From contig NZ_CP042911.1 in NCBI RefSeq assembly GCF_008065095.1, positions 7,110,001 through 7,142,000 of the forward strand: a DNA stretch of 32,000 bases. Reading direction: 5' to 3'. Shown here one piece after another: positions 16,265-23,661 of the stretch. Made by a program: the position numbers and the translations under genes. The notes beneath the pieces are model-generated. The model had not been told where the DNA came from. It saw only the letters and a list, made by a program, of their open reading frames with translations, and did no database searches. Each line of letters starts with the position of its first letter. The stretch's first letter is position 1. The stretch is from Gemmata obscuriglobus. Its GTDB lineage: Bacteria; Planctomycetota; Planctomycetia; Gemmatales; Gemmataceae.

Positions 16265-18031
16265 TCACCAGCGGTACATGAGACCGAAGCTGATGCCCTG
16301 GACGAAGTACCCGCTGCTGTTAAACTGCGGGGCCGGGCGGATCGTGTTGGTGAGAGGCGCCCCCGTGCCCGGCGGCAACAGGTTCGGCACCCGGGCCGCG
16401 TCCAGACGCATGTCGATCGCGTCGCCCGGCCGCAGCGCGCTGCTCAGGTACAGGAAGTTGTACCCGACGAACAGCTTCATCCGCTCCGTCGCCTGCCAGC
16501 CCAGGTTCAGGCCCACCTCCGGCACCACCGCGAACTTGTCCCGGCTGAACTTGCCGATGTTCGCCCCCGGCACCGCCAGCAGCCCGCCCGGGGTGACCGT
16601 CGTGGTCTGGTCCGGGAAGTTCAGCGTCTGCGAGCCGTTGATCTCGGCCGTCTGGCGCACCGTACCGAACGCCACCGTGGCCCGCGGGTCGAGCGACCAC
16701 CGGCCCCGCGTGAACGTGCCCGCGATCCCGATCTGACCGCCGTGGAACCGGTTCGTCGTGCGGAACGAGTCGGTGATCGTGCCCGAAATGGCCGGCACGC
16801 CGATGGCCGGGTCCGAGTCCGGGGTGCGCACGAACCGCTCGGTGATCGTGAGCTCCTCGCGCAGGTCCAGGAACCGGTAGCCGGCGAGCAGGTCGAGCCG
16901 CATGTTCGGCCCGCTGGTCAGGTACCGCCGGTAGTTCACCTCCGCGCCCCACACGGTGTTCTTCAGCGTCACCAGCACGCTCCCGGTGGCCACGCCGGGG
17001 CGGGCGACGATCTCGGACGACTCCCCGAACCCCACGGTCGGCGCGGTGGTCGGGTTGATGTTAAAGAACGGCCGCGCCAGGAGCGGGTTCTGGGTCGTGG
17101 TCGTGAAGAACGACGTGGTCGCCGGCGCCACCCAGAACAGCCGGGCGTCCACCCCGCGGCACTCGCCGTCCCCGAACCAGTACCCGGCCCCGACCCGCCC
17201 GCCGGTGTGGTACGTGTCGCCGAACGAGCCGCCCAGTAGCACCCGGGTGTCGCCCTGGCCGATGATGCCCAGCGCCGCCGTGCTGCTGGTGGTCACCAGC
17301 GGCGGCACCACCGTGCCCCGGTTCCACCACATGAGCAGTTCGGCGCTCACCCAGCCCCGGCGGACGCTCGCGACCCGGTCCAGCCCGGTGAGCGGCGCGT
17401 CCGAGAACAGCGGGTCCTCGACCTCTACCGGACAGCCGGCCCCGCCGTCCGGCAGGACCGACGGCACGAAGGTCGTCCCGTCGGGGACACGGCCGGTCGG
17501 GTCGCGCGACTCGGTGACGCTCGGCGGCCCCCCCCCCGGCGCGACCCGCGGCGAGCCGAGCGGGGCGGGCTGCGCGCCGGTCACCGGGAAGCCCACCATC
17601 CCTCCGGGCACCGGCCCGCTCGTAACGGGATATCCGACCGGTCCGCCCGTAACGGGGTACCCGACCGGCCCGCCCGTAACGGGGTACCCGACCGGCCCGC
17701 CCGTAACGGGGTACCCGACCGGCCCACTCGTGGTCGGAACGCCGGTCACCGGGAACCCGACCGGGGGGGCACCTGTTACCGAACCGCCGACGACCGGCGT
17801 GGCGGGTGCGGGGGAGCCGAAGGTTCCCGGCGCGTAGCTCACGGTCCCGCGGGGCGCCCCGCCGCGGAGCAGGCCCGTTTGCGTAACCTCTGTGGGTTGT
17901 GAGTCCGGGAGCGCGCTGGGCAGCCCTAATGAGGCGGCACGCGGCGCGCCGGTTCGCGGCTGTTGAGCCAGGGCCGGGGGGGCGAACACGCCCAGCGCGA
18001 TCCCCAGCCCGCCGAGCAGAATGCGGCGCAT
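16265..18031 (-). CDS. BBP7-type outer-membrane beta-barrel protein with an N-terminal Gly/Pro/Val repeat region
   Basis: Trimmed to the ATG at 18029-18031, with aggagg 10 nt upstream. Signal peptide MRRILLGGLGIALGVFAPPALAQQ. The block SAELLMWWNRGTVVPPLVTTSS is typical of planctomycete BBP7 proteins. The C-terminal half shows alternating beta-strand patterning and ends in an aromatic residue (...GLMYRW). Confidence 0.8.
   Translation of the reverse strand: MRRILLGGLGIALGVFAPPALAQQPRTGAPRAASLGLPSALPDSQPTEVTQTGLLRGGAPRGTVSYAPGTFGSPAPATPVVGGSVTGAPPVGFPVTGVPTTSGPVGYPVTGGPVGYPVTGGPVGYPVTGGPVGYPVTSGPVPGGMVGFPVTGAQPAPLGSPRVAPGGGPPSVTESRDPTGRVPDGTTFVPSVLPDGGAGCPVEVEDPLFSDAPLTGLDRVASVRRGWVSAELLMWWNRGTVVPPLVTTSSTAALGIIGQGDTRVLLGGSFGDTYHTGGRVGAGYWFGDGECRGVDARLFWVAPATTSFFTTTTQNPLLARPFFNINPTTAPTVGFGESSEIVARPGVATGSVLVTLKNTVWGAEVNYRRYLTSGPNMRLDLLAGYRFLDLREELTITERFVRTPDSDPAIGVPAISGTITDSFRTTNRFHGGQIGIAGTFTRGRWSLDPRATVAFGTVRQTAEINGSQTLNFPDQTTTVTPGGLLAVPGANIGKFSRDKFAVVPEVGLNLGWQATERMKLFVGYNFLYLSSALRPGDAIDMRLDAARVPNLLPPGTGAPLTNTIRPAPQFNSSGYFVQGISFGLMYRW
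17612..17730. repeat. In-frame 27-nt tandem repeat (about 4.4 units) inside the BBP7 gene
   Basis: The cgtaacggg motif recurs at 17621, 17648, 17675 and 17702, an exact 27-nt period. It encodes GPVGYPVTG x4 with degenerate flanking copies (GFPVTGVP..., MVGFPVTG). Confidence 0.88.
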
Positions 18032-18112
18032 GTGAAGCGGTCCTCCTGACACGCCGGCCGGGCGATCTCCTACCGCCCGAGTTACGTCACGTCGTCTCCT
18101 TCCTTCGACCCG

Positions 18113-18727
18113 CGGTCGGCACCGCCCCGACCCGCGGCCCCCCGCTCGGGCCAACTTCTGGGCTCCGGCGCCCGCACCGGCGGCGCGTCGGGCGCGGCCG
18201 CCACTCCCGGCACGTCCGGCACAACCATACGATCCGCGCCTGCAGGGCGAAATGTTCAAGCGGGGCACCTGCGGCGGTCGAAGAAACACGCGCGCGACTG
18301 CGTAAGACACGTGATCCAGAGGAATGCGTCAAGGAGGGCAACCGTGACGACTCGCCGCACGCGTCTCAAGAAGGGTCTGAAGAAGCTGGTCCCGGTGATG
18401 ACCGTGACCTTCACAGCGGCCCCGTTCGCCGTGTGGGTTCAGCCGGCCCACGCGTTCTTCCCGCCCTTTATCAACGATTCGGGACCGCCCAGAGTATTGC
18501 CGCAGCCGCCCTCGCCGCCCCCCTTCGAGCCGCCGACGCCCCCGCCGCCGCCATTCAACCCGCCGCCCCAACCACCGGACGTGTCGCCGCCGGTGTGCCC
18601 CCCGCCGCCCCCGTGCGGGGTGCCGGAGCCCGCGACCGTCGTGAGCGGGTTGATCGGGCTGGCCGCGGCCGCCGGCTACGGGCTCCGCCGCAACGGCGAG
18701 AAGAAGTAAGAACAGAACCGGCGAACC
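18113..18727. repeat. Segmental tandem duplication, copy 1 (leader + PEP-CTERM gene)
   Basis: Aligns with 19111-19747. From gggccaacttctg (18148 / 19141) to the start codons the offset is constant at 993 nt. Confidence 0.88.
18344..18709 (+). CDS. Small secreted proline-rich PEP-CTERM sorting-domain protein (121 aa)
   Basis: GTG at 18344-18346 is preceded by aaggaggg (18331-18338); the paralog starts at the equivalent GTG. Signal peptide ...VMTVTFTAAPFAVWVQPAHA. The mature core is ~53% Pro by my count. The C-terminus is CPPPPPCGVPEPATVVSGLIGLAAAAGYGLRRNGEKK, i.e. VPEP + hydrophobic helix + basic tail. Confidence 0.8.
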   Translation: MTTRRTRLKKGLKKLVPVMTVTFTAAPFAVWVQPAHAFFPPFINDSGPPRVLPQPPSPPPFEPPTPPPPPFNPPPQPPDVSPPVCPPPPPCGVPEPATVVSGLIGLAAAAGYGLRRNGEKK

Positions 18728-19110
18728 GGCTCGCGACCGTACTTACGATCCGGTTGGCTACGTTTGTTTCTTGTGGCACCGACATTCCTCAGTCGTTGCC
18801 ACGGCTACGGCGTGCTCGGTCATTCGGGCGTGGTGTGGGAGCCCCGTCTGTCCCGCGCCGGGTGTGGTGTGGGGTGTGAATGTGATGATCAAATCCCAGC
18901 GGTTGCTCGCGAGTGTGTCGGCGCTGCCGGCGATCCACCACCCGCGAATCAGCAGTCGCGCCGCCGTAATAGCAACCGGTACACCGGGCGCGTGGCCCGG
19001 GTCCGGTGCTCGCCCCGCTGACGGTAGCTGGCCTCGGTTCCGAACTGGGTACGATCGTCCAAAATGGACCGGGATAACCGATCGAATCCGTCGGATTATG
19101 CGCACACGAA

Positions 19111-19747
19111 CGGTCGGCCCCGACCCGCGGTCCTGTGGTCGGGCCAACTTCTGAGGGCCGGCGCCCGCACCGGCGGCGCGTCGGGCCCGGCCGCCACTCC
19201 CGGCACGTCCGGCACAACTGCGCGAGCCGCGCACGCAGGGCGAAATGTTCAAGCGGGGCACTCGCGGCGGTCGAAGAAACAAAAGCGCGACTGCGTAAGA
19301 CACGTGATCTAGAGGAATGCGTCAAGGAGGGCAATCGTGACGACTCGCCGCACGCGTCTCAAGAAGGGTCTGAAGAAGCTGGTCCCGGTGATGACCGTGA
19401 CCTTCACAGCGGCCCCGTTCGCCGTGTGGGTTCAGCCGGCCCACGCGTTCTTCCCGCCGGTGATCACCAGCCCGCCGCCGGTCGTCGTGGTGCCGCCGAC
19501 GCTCCCGCCGCCGGTGATCGTGGACCCGCCGGTCAGCCCGCCGCCGTTCGTACCGCCGCCCCCGCCGCCCGTCGTGGTGCCGCCGGTTGTTCCGCCGGTC
19601 GTGGTGCCGCCGGTGTGCCCGCCGCCGCCCCCGTGCGGGGTGCCGGAGCCCGCGACCGTCGTGAGCGGGCTGATCGGGCTGGCCGCGGCCGCCGGCTACG
19701 GGCTCCGCCGTAACGGTGAGAAGAAGTAAGAACAGAACCGGCGGACC
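19111..19747. repeat. Segmental tandem duplication, copy 2 (leader + PEP-CTERM gene)
   Basis: See copy 1. The upstream in-frame TAG (gatctagagg) fixes the start of this copy at GTG 19337. Confidence 0.88.
19337..19729 (+). CDS. Small secreted proline/valine-rich PEP-CTERM sorting-domain protein (130 aa), paralog of 18344..18709
   Basis: GTG at 19337-19339 with aaggaggg upstream. The first 122 nt are identical to the paralog. The core FFPPVITSPPPVVVVPPTLPPPVIVDPPVSPPPFVPPPPPPVVVPPVVPPVVVPPV is 50% Pro. The C-terminal 41 codons give the same protein sequence, with 4 synonymous differences. Confidence 0.85.
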   Translation: MTTRRTRLKKGLKKLVPVMTVTFTAAPFAVWVQPAHAFFPPVITSPPPVVVVPPTLPPPVIVDPPVSPPPFVPPPPPPVVVPPVVPPVVVPPVCPPPPPCGVPEPATVVSGLIGLAAAAGYGLRRNGEKK

Positions 19748-19789
19748 GCCCCGCGCCCCACTGTCTTGAGGGGCGCGGGGCGGTCCGCC
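19740..19789. terminator. 20-bp perfect-stem GC hairpin between convergent genes
   Basis: ggcggaccgccccgcgcccc (19740-19759) / loop actgtcttga / ggggcgcggggcggtccgcc (19770-19789). It lies between the PEP-CTERM paralog stop and the acyl-CoA dehydrogenase stop. Confidence 0.8.
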
Positions 19790-19842
19790 AGTCCTTGTAC
19801 CGAACTCCGACGAACGCGGCCGCGTAACCGTGCGGCGTGCGG

Positions 19843-21024
19843 CTACTTGAACGCTTCCCACTCCTTGCCCAGTAGCGCGGCCGCGATCTTCAGCTTGAGG
19901 ATCTCGTCGGTGCCCTCGTAGATGCGGCACACGCGCACGTCGGTGAGGTGCCGGCCGGGGCGGTACAGGGTGCTCCAGCCGCGCCCGCCGAACACCTGCA
20001 CGGCGCGGTCCGCGGCGTCCCAGGCGGCGTTGGTGGCGAACAGCTTGGCTTGCGCCGCCAGCAGGTCCGCGTGCCGGGCCAGCTCCTTGTCGCCGGGGCT
20101 CGCCGCCGACCGGTCCTTCGCCTCGGCGGCGCGGATCAGCAGCGCGTCCGAGGCCACGCGGTCCATCTCGATGTGCGCGATGTGGTCCTGAACGAGTTGG
20201 TGCCGGGCGATCTCCTTGCCGTGCTGCTTCCGCTCCTTGGCGTACCAGATCGCCTCCGCGAGGCAGTCCTCGATCACCCCCAGGCACCCGGCGGCGACGC
20301 TCAGGCGCCCGCTCACGAGCGTGCCCATCGCGACCCGGAACCCGTCGCCCTCCTCGCCCACCAGGTTCTCCGCGGGCACGGCCACGTCGTGCATCTCGAA
20401 CATGGCGGTGTTGGACGTGGGCATCCCCATCTTGGCGTTCGCGGCGAAGCTCTCGGCCTCGAACCCCTTGGCGGCCGTGTCCACGACGAACGCGGAGATG
20501 CGGCCCGTGCCCACCTGCCCCGCGGGGTACGCGAACGCGACCACCGCGTGCGCGATGCCCCCGTTGGAGATCAGGTACTTCACCCCGTTGAGGACGTAGT
20601 GATCGCCCCGCTTCTCGTAGGTGCTGGTCATCTCGCGCGGGTTGCTGCCGGCGTCGGGCTCGGTGAGCCCGAAGGCGAGGATCTTCTCCCCCTTCGCAGC
20701 GGCGGGCAGGTACTTCCGCTTGAGCGCCTCGCTGCCCCACGTCTGGATCGGGTACGCCCCGATGCTCAGGTGCCCGGAGAAGAAGGTGCGGACGGTGGTT
20801 CCCTCGCGCCCTATGCGGGCGAGCGCCTTGAAGTAGCTGACGGCGTCGGCGCCGCGCCCGCCGTACTCGGGCTTCACGTTCATGCCCAGGAGGTCGTGCT
20901 TCGCGGCCAGCGGCACCACCTGGTCGTTGAACTGCCGGTTCGCGTACGCGAACTCTTCGGCCGGCCGCACCTCCTGACAGAACGCTTCGGTGTCGGCGGC
21001 CAGCTTAACGGGGTCGAACGCCAT
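19843..21024 (-). CDS. Acyl-CoA dehydrogenase family protein
   Basis: 393 aa, ATG at 21022-21024. ACAD-typical blocks are present: FGLTEPDAGSNP, YLISNGGIA, QVFGGRGW, RIYEGTDEI. Confidence 0.92.
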   Translation of the reverse strand: MAFDPVKLAADTEAFCQEVRPAEEFAYANRQFNDQVVPLAAKHDLLGMNVKPEYGGRGADAVSYFKALARIGREGTTVRTFFSGHLSIGAYPIQTWGSEALKRKYLPAAAKGEKILAFGLTEPDAGSNPREMTSTYEKRGDHYVLNGVKYLISNGGIAHAVVAFAYPAGQVGTGRISAFVVDTAAKGFEAESFAANAKMGMPTSNTAMFEMHDVAVPAENLVGEEGDGFRVAMGTLVSGRLSVAAGCLGVIEDCLAEAIWYAKERKQHGKEIARHQLVQDHIAHIEMDRVASDALLIRAAEAKDRSAASPGDKELARHADLLAAQAKLFATNAAWDAADRAVQVFGGRGWSTLYRPGRHLTDVRVCRIYEGTDEILKLKIAAALLGKEWEAFK

Positions 21025-21110
21025 GATTCCGGCTCCTCAGCGCGGGCGGAAGATGTGTGAACGGGATACCGGAATTGTATCCGCCCGCCGGCGCCGCAGC
21101 GCGGGGCAGG

Positions 21111-22085
21111 TTAGCCCAAATCCCAGAGCGTGATCGTCCCCTTCTGCCCGCTGCCGACCGCCGCGACGTTCCCGTCGGGCGACACGGCGAGGCAGTCCAG
21201 CCCGCCGGTCTGGAAGGTGTAGGTGCGGTCGAGGGTAAGGGCGTGCGTGTCCCAGCACTTCACGGTGGCGTCGCGGCTCGCGGTCCAGAGCCGCGAGCCG
21301 TCCGGGGTGAGGGCCATTGCGGTGATGCGGCCGTTGTGCCCCTTGAGCTTCGTTCGGTACAGCCCGCCCGGCAGTCCGTACACGACGATCTTCCCGCCGA
21401 CCAGCGCGAACAGGTGTTGGTTGTCGGCTGAGAACGCGAGGTCTTCGGGTTCGTAACGCTTCATGTCGATGTTTGTGCCGCGCGACGAATCGACCGATGG
21501 CCAGTGCCATAACTGACGACCGATCGCCACTTGCGACCCGTCCGGCGCGAACGCAATCGCCCGGGCAGACCAGTCTACTACTCGCGGGAGATCTGCAACT
21601 GAGCCGTCGGCGAGTGAGTACTGAACGCACTTTCGCATCCCCATAAGGGGCGACTCAACCAATCCGAGTACCGAGGCGCCATCTGGCCCGAGACACGGGC
21701 CGACGATCGTGGCCGCCCATTGAGTTGCGAATACGCGGAAGGCAGCACGATCGACGAAAATGAGCCCGCTTCGCTCGCGGTGAACCGCAACATGTTCGCC
21801 GCCACAGGACAAGAAAATCTTCCGAAGCGGATGGGCTCGATCAGGCACCATCGCGAGCGAGTGACGGAGAACAATGCGCGCTTGCTCCACCCCGCTCAGC
21901 GGATCCCACATGCGCACGGAGTTGTCGCCGCCGGCGGACACGAGGAACCGCCCGTCCGGGCCGAACGCCAGAGCCGTGACCGCGTTCTCGTGCGCGTGCC
22001 AAGTGAGCATGGAGGGCGATCGAAGGTGTGCCCGGCCGTCCCAGCGCCGGATTCTCGGCTCCGGATGAGGCTCGCGTTTGCACAA
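21111..22085 (-). CDS. WD40 repeat protein
   Basis: WD40 units are present, e.g. HENAVTALAFGPDGRFLVSAGGDNSVRMWD and GHNGRITAMALTPDGSRLWTASRDATVKCWD. The track start is TTG at 22083-22085; ATG at 22008-22010 (MLTWHAHEN...) is an alternative. Confidence 0.8.
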   Translation of the reverse strand: MCKREPHPEPRIRRWDGRAHLRSPSMLTWHAHENAVTALAFGPDGRFLVSAGGDNSVRMWDPLSGVEQARIVLRHSLAMVPDRAHPLRKIFLSCGGEHVAVHRERSGLIFVDRAAFRVFATQWAATIVGPCLGPDGASVLGLVESPLMGMRKCVQYSLADGSVADLPRVVDWSARAIAFAPDGSQVAIGRQLWHWPSVDSSRGTNIDMKRYEPEDLAFSADNQHLFALVGGKIVVYGLPGGLYRTKLKGHNGRITAMALTPDGSRLWTASRDATVKCWDTHALTLDRTYTFQTGGLDCLAVSPDGNVAAVGSGQKGTITLWDLG

Positions 22086-22246
22086 ATAGACGGCCGTCAG
22101 CGCGTTCCGAAACCGACAGGAACGCGTTTATCATAGCGTAGGCGGACACCCGATGTGTGAACGGCTTGTTCGATACCACAGCGGAGAGACGTGCAACAGC
22201 TGACAGGTGATGAATCACGAGGCCAGGGGCATTTGTAACGTGTTGA

Positions 22247-22300
22247 CGGCTGCAACGCTTGGGAGCGGGATGCGTGTCCCACTCCCAAGCGTTGCAGCCG
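22247..22300. terminator. 24-nt-arm hairpin 3' of the small-protein operon (terminator / REP-like)
   Basis: cggctgcaacgcttgggagcggga (22247-22270) / loop tgcgtg / tcccactcccaagcgttgcagccg (22277-22300), with one mismatch. It starts 6 nt after the stop at 22306-22308 of the minus-strand gene. Confidence 0.7.
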
Positions 22301-22305
22301 CCTGC

Positions 22306-22539
22306 TTAGCGGGTCGGCTTGGCCGTCGGCGGAGCCGAGCCGGAGCCCTTCGCGTGGGCCACCTTACCGGCCACGAAGCAGTTACACCCGCTGTTGCCCG
22401 AGACCCGAAGGGTGAACCGCTGAAGGCTCTCTTCGATGCAGAGCCCCATGGTCGTGTTCTCGACGCTCGCGTCGGGTTCGACCTGGAACCACTTGCAGCC
22501 CTTGCACTCGCCCCACTCGTCGTGATTCTTGCGTGCCAT
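22306..22539 (-). CDS. Small Cys-rich hypothetical protein (77 aa)
   Basis: ATG at 22537-22539. MARKNHDEWGECKGCKWFQVEPDASVENTTMGLCIEESLQRFTLRVSGNSGCNCF... has a CxxC ... C ... CxC arrangement. Good third-position G/C bias. No family recognised. Confidence 0.6.
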   Translation of the reverse strand: MARKNHDEWGECKGCKWFQVEPDASVENTTMGLCIEESLQRFTLRVSGNSGCNCFVAGKVAHAKGSGSAPPTAKPTR

Positions 22540-22581
22540 GTCATGTCCTCGATTATGGGATCGCGGCCGGGGCCGCGGTTG

Positions 22582-22773
22582 TCAGGAGTTCCGGGACGAC
22601 AGCTTCAGTTCGCGGTCGCGCCGCACGATCTTCTCGCGCACCTGCGCGATCCTTTCCTCGGTGCGGGTCAGTGCCGAATCCATCCGATCCAGTGTCGAGT
22701 GCGCGCTGCGTGCCAGCGTTTCGGCCCACGCACTCATCACACTTACCTTGCGGTCAGTCGGTGTTGCGGTCAT
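22582..22773 (-). CDS. Small charged helical hypothetical protein (63 aa)
   Basis: ATG at 22771-22773. The ORF ends 42 nt upstream of the Cys-rich ORF on the same strand. The sequence ...LDRMDSALTRTEERIAQVREKIVRRDRELK looks coiled-coil-like. Confidence 0.5.
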   Translation of the reverse strand: MTATPTDRKVSVMSAWAETLARSAHSTLDRMDSALTRTEERIAQVREKIVRRDRELKLSSRNS

Positions 22774-22912
22774 CGGAGCAGCCCGGAGGGGGAAACAACT
22801 GGGCGTCCGCCGTAGATTTGCAACCCGCGTGCCACCCGGCTCAAGGCGGCACCACGTTTGCGATGTGACGCAGAAGGCATCACGAACGATGCCCCGGACG
22901 GGTCGCTAAACT

Positions 22913-23042
22913 GGATCCAGTCGTTTCAAGTTCCAGGTTCCAAGTTCCAAGTGGAGTCACGAGCGACACGAATCGCCGGCGCTTTTGACGAGCGGGGTTC
23001 CGACTTGGAACTTGGAACCTGGAACTTGAAACGACTGGAATC
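22913..23042. repeat. MITE-like palindromic element, copy B (core inverted relative to copy A)
   Basis: The ends are ggatccagtcgtttcaagttccaggttccaagttccaagt ... acttggaacttggaacctggaacttgaaacgactggaatc. The core 22953-23002 equals the reverse complement of the copy A core (14891-14940) with 2 mismatches. Confidence 0.8.
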
Positions 23043-23187
23043 GGCAAGGACCAAGCGTCGGTTATGTTCGCCGGTGAGACGAACGTCACAGCGAAGCGAG
23101 AAGCGTTCGCGGCGCAGGTTCGGCAGCGGATCAAACATGCATCGATTTGTTCCGGACGAGCCTACAAGTACCAAGAGGAGCACAACC

Positions 23188-23661
23188 ATGCCACTGACCG
23201 GTGAACTCGCACGCATTGATGACGAACTCCGCCGCGCCTACGACGGCGAGTGCTGGCACGGGCCGCCGCTGCGGGAGGTGTTGAAGGGCGTCACGGCGGC
23301 GGCCGCCGCGGCCAAGCACCCGCAGATCACGCACTCCGCGTGGGCGCTGGTGAATCACCTCGCCGCGTGGGTCGGGGTTGTCGCGAACCGCATTACCGAA
23401 TGGCGGCCGATCACGGAGCCGGACGCGGGCGATTTCCCGCCCGTTATAGATACGAACGAAGTGGCGTGGGCGGCCGCGCTCGATGACCTGGATCGCCAGC
23501 ACCGGAAACTGCTCGGCGTGGTTGCCGGGCTTGACGCGGCGAAGCTGGACGCCACCGTACCGGGCAAGCCGTACCCGGTGGCGGTCATGCTGCACGGGAC
23601 CGCGCAGCACTACGCCTACCACGCCGGTCAGATCGCGCTGCTCAAGAAGCTGGTGGGGTGA
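23188..23661 (+). CDS. DinB-family protein
   Basis: Trimmed to the ATG at 23188-23190, with agaggag upstream. The 157-aa product has the DinB-like pattern ...WHGPPL..VL.GV... HSAWALVNHLAAW ... MLHGTAQHYAYHAGQIALLKK. Confidence 0.82.
   Translation: MPLTGELARIDDELRRAYDGECWHGPPLREVLKGVTAAAAAAKHPQITHSAWALVNHLAAWVGVVANRITEWRPITEPDAGDFPPVIDTNEVAWAAALDDLDRQHRKLLGVVAGLDAAKLDATVPGKPYPVAVMLHGTAQHYAYHAGQIALLKKLVG

Noticed and set aside
17612-17730. CRISPR-like appearance of the regularly spaced 27-nt repeats.
   Set aside because: The units are contiguous with no spacers, lie in frame inside a CDS, and encode a repeated nonapeptide. No cas genes are present in the window.
18209-18222. Sigma-54-like GGCAC-N5-GCAC motif in the conserved leader (ggcacgtccggcac).
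   Set aside because: The spacing is off by 2 nt relative to TGGCAC-N5-TTGC, and the -12 TTGC element is missing.
18771-19154. 127-aa ORF (or its MIKSQRLLASVS... sub-ORF) in the unique spacer between the two duplication copies, and the antisense reading ...LLIRGWWIAGSADTLASNRWDLIITFT.
   Set aside because: Neither has a start context, a hydrophobic core or a recognisable motif, and the third-position bias is only moderate. It could be a gene remnant but cannot be supported.
18113-19747. Diversity-generating retroelement (template/variable repeat) explanation for the two PEP-CTERM copies.
   Set aside because: There is no reverse transcriptase nearby. The cores differ in length by 27 nt and are unalignable, rather than differing only at adenine-templated positions.
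21450-21880. G+C dip in the middle of the WD40 gene, suggesting a mosaic or recombinant gene.
   Set aside because: Hand counts give ~60% (21601-21660, 21721-21780) against ~68% (21181-21240). The difference is modest and within normal intragenic variation.
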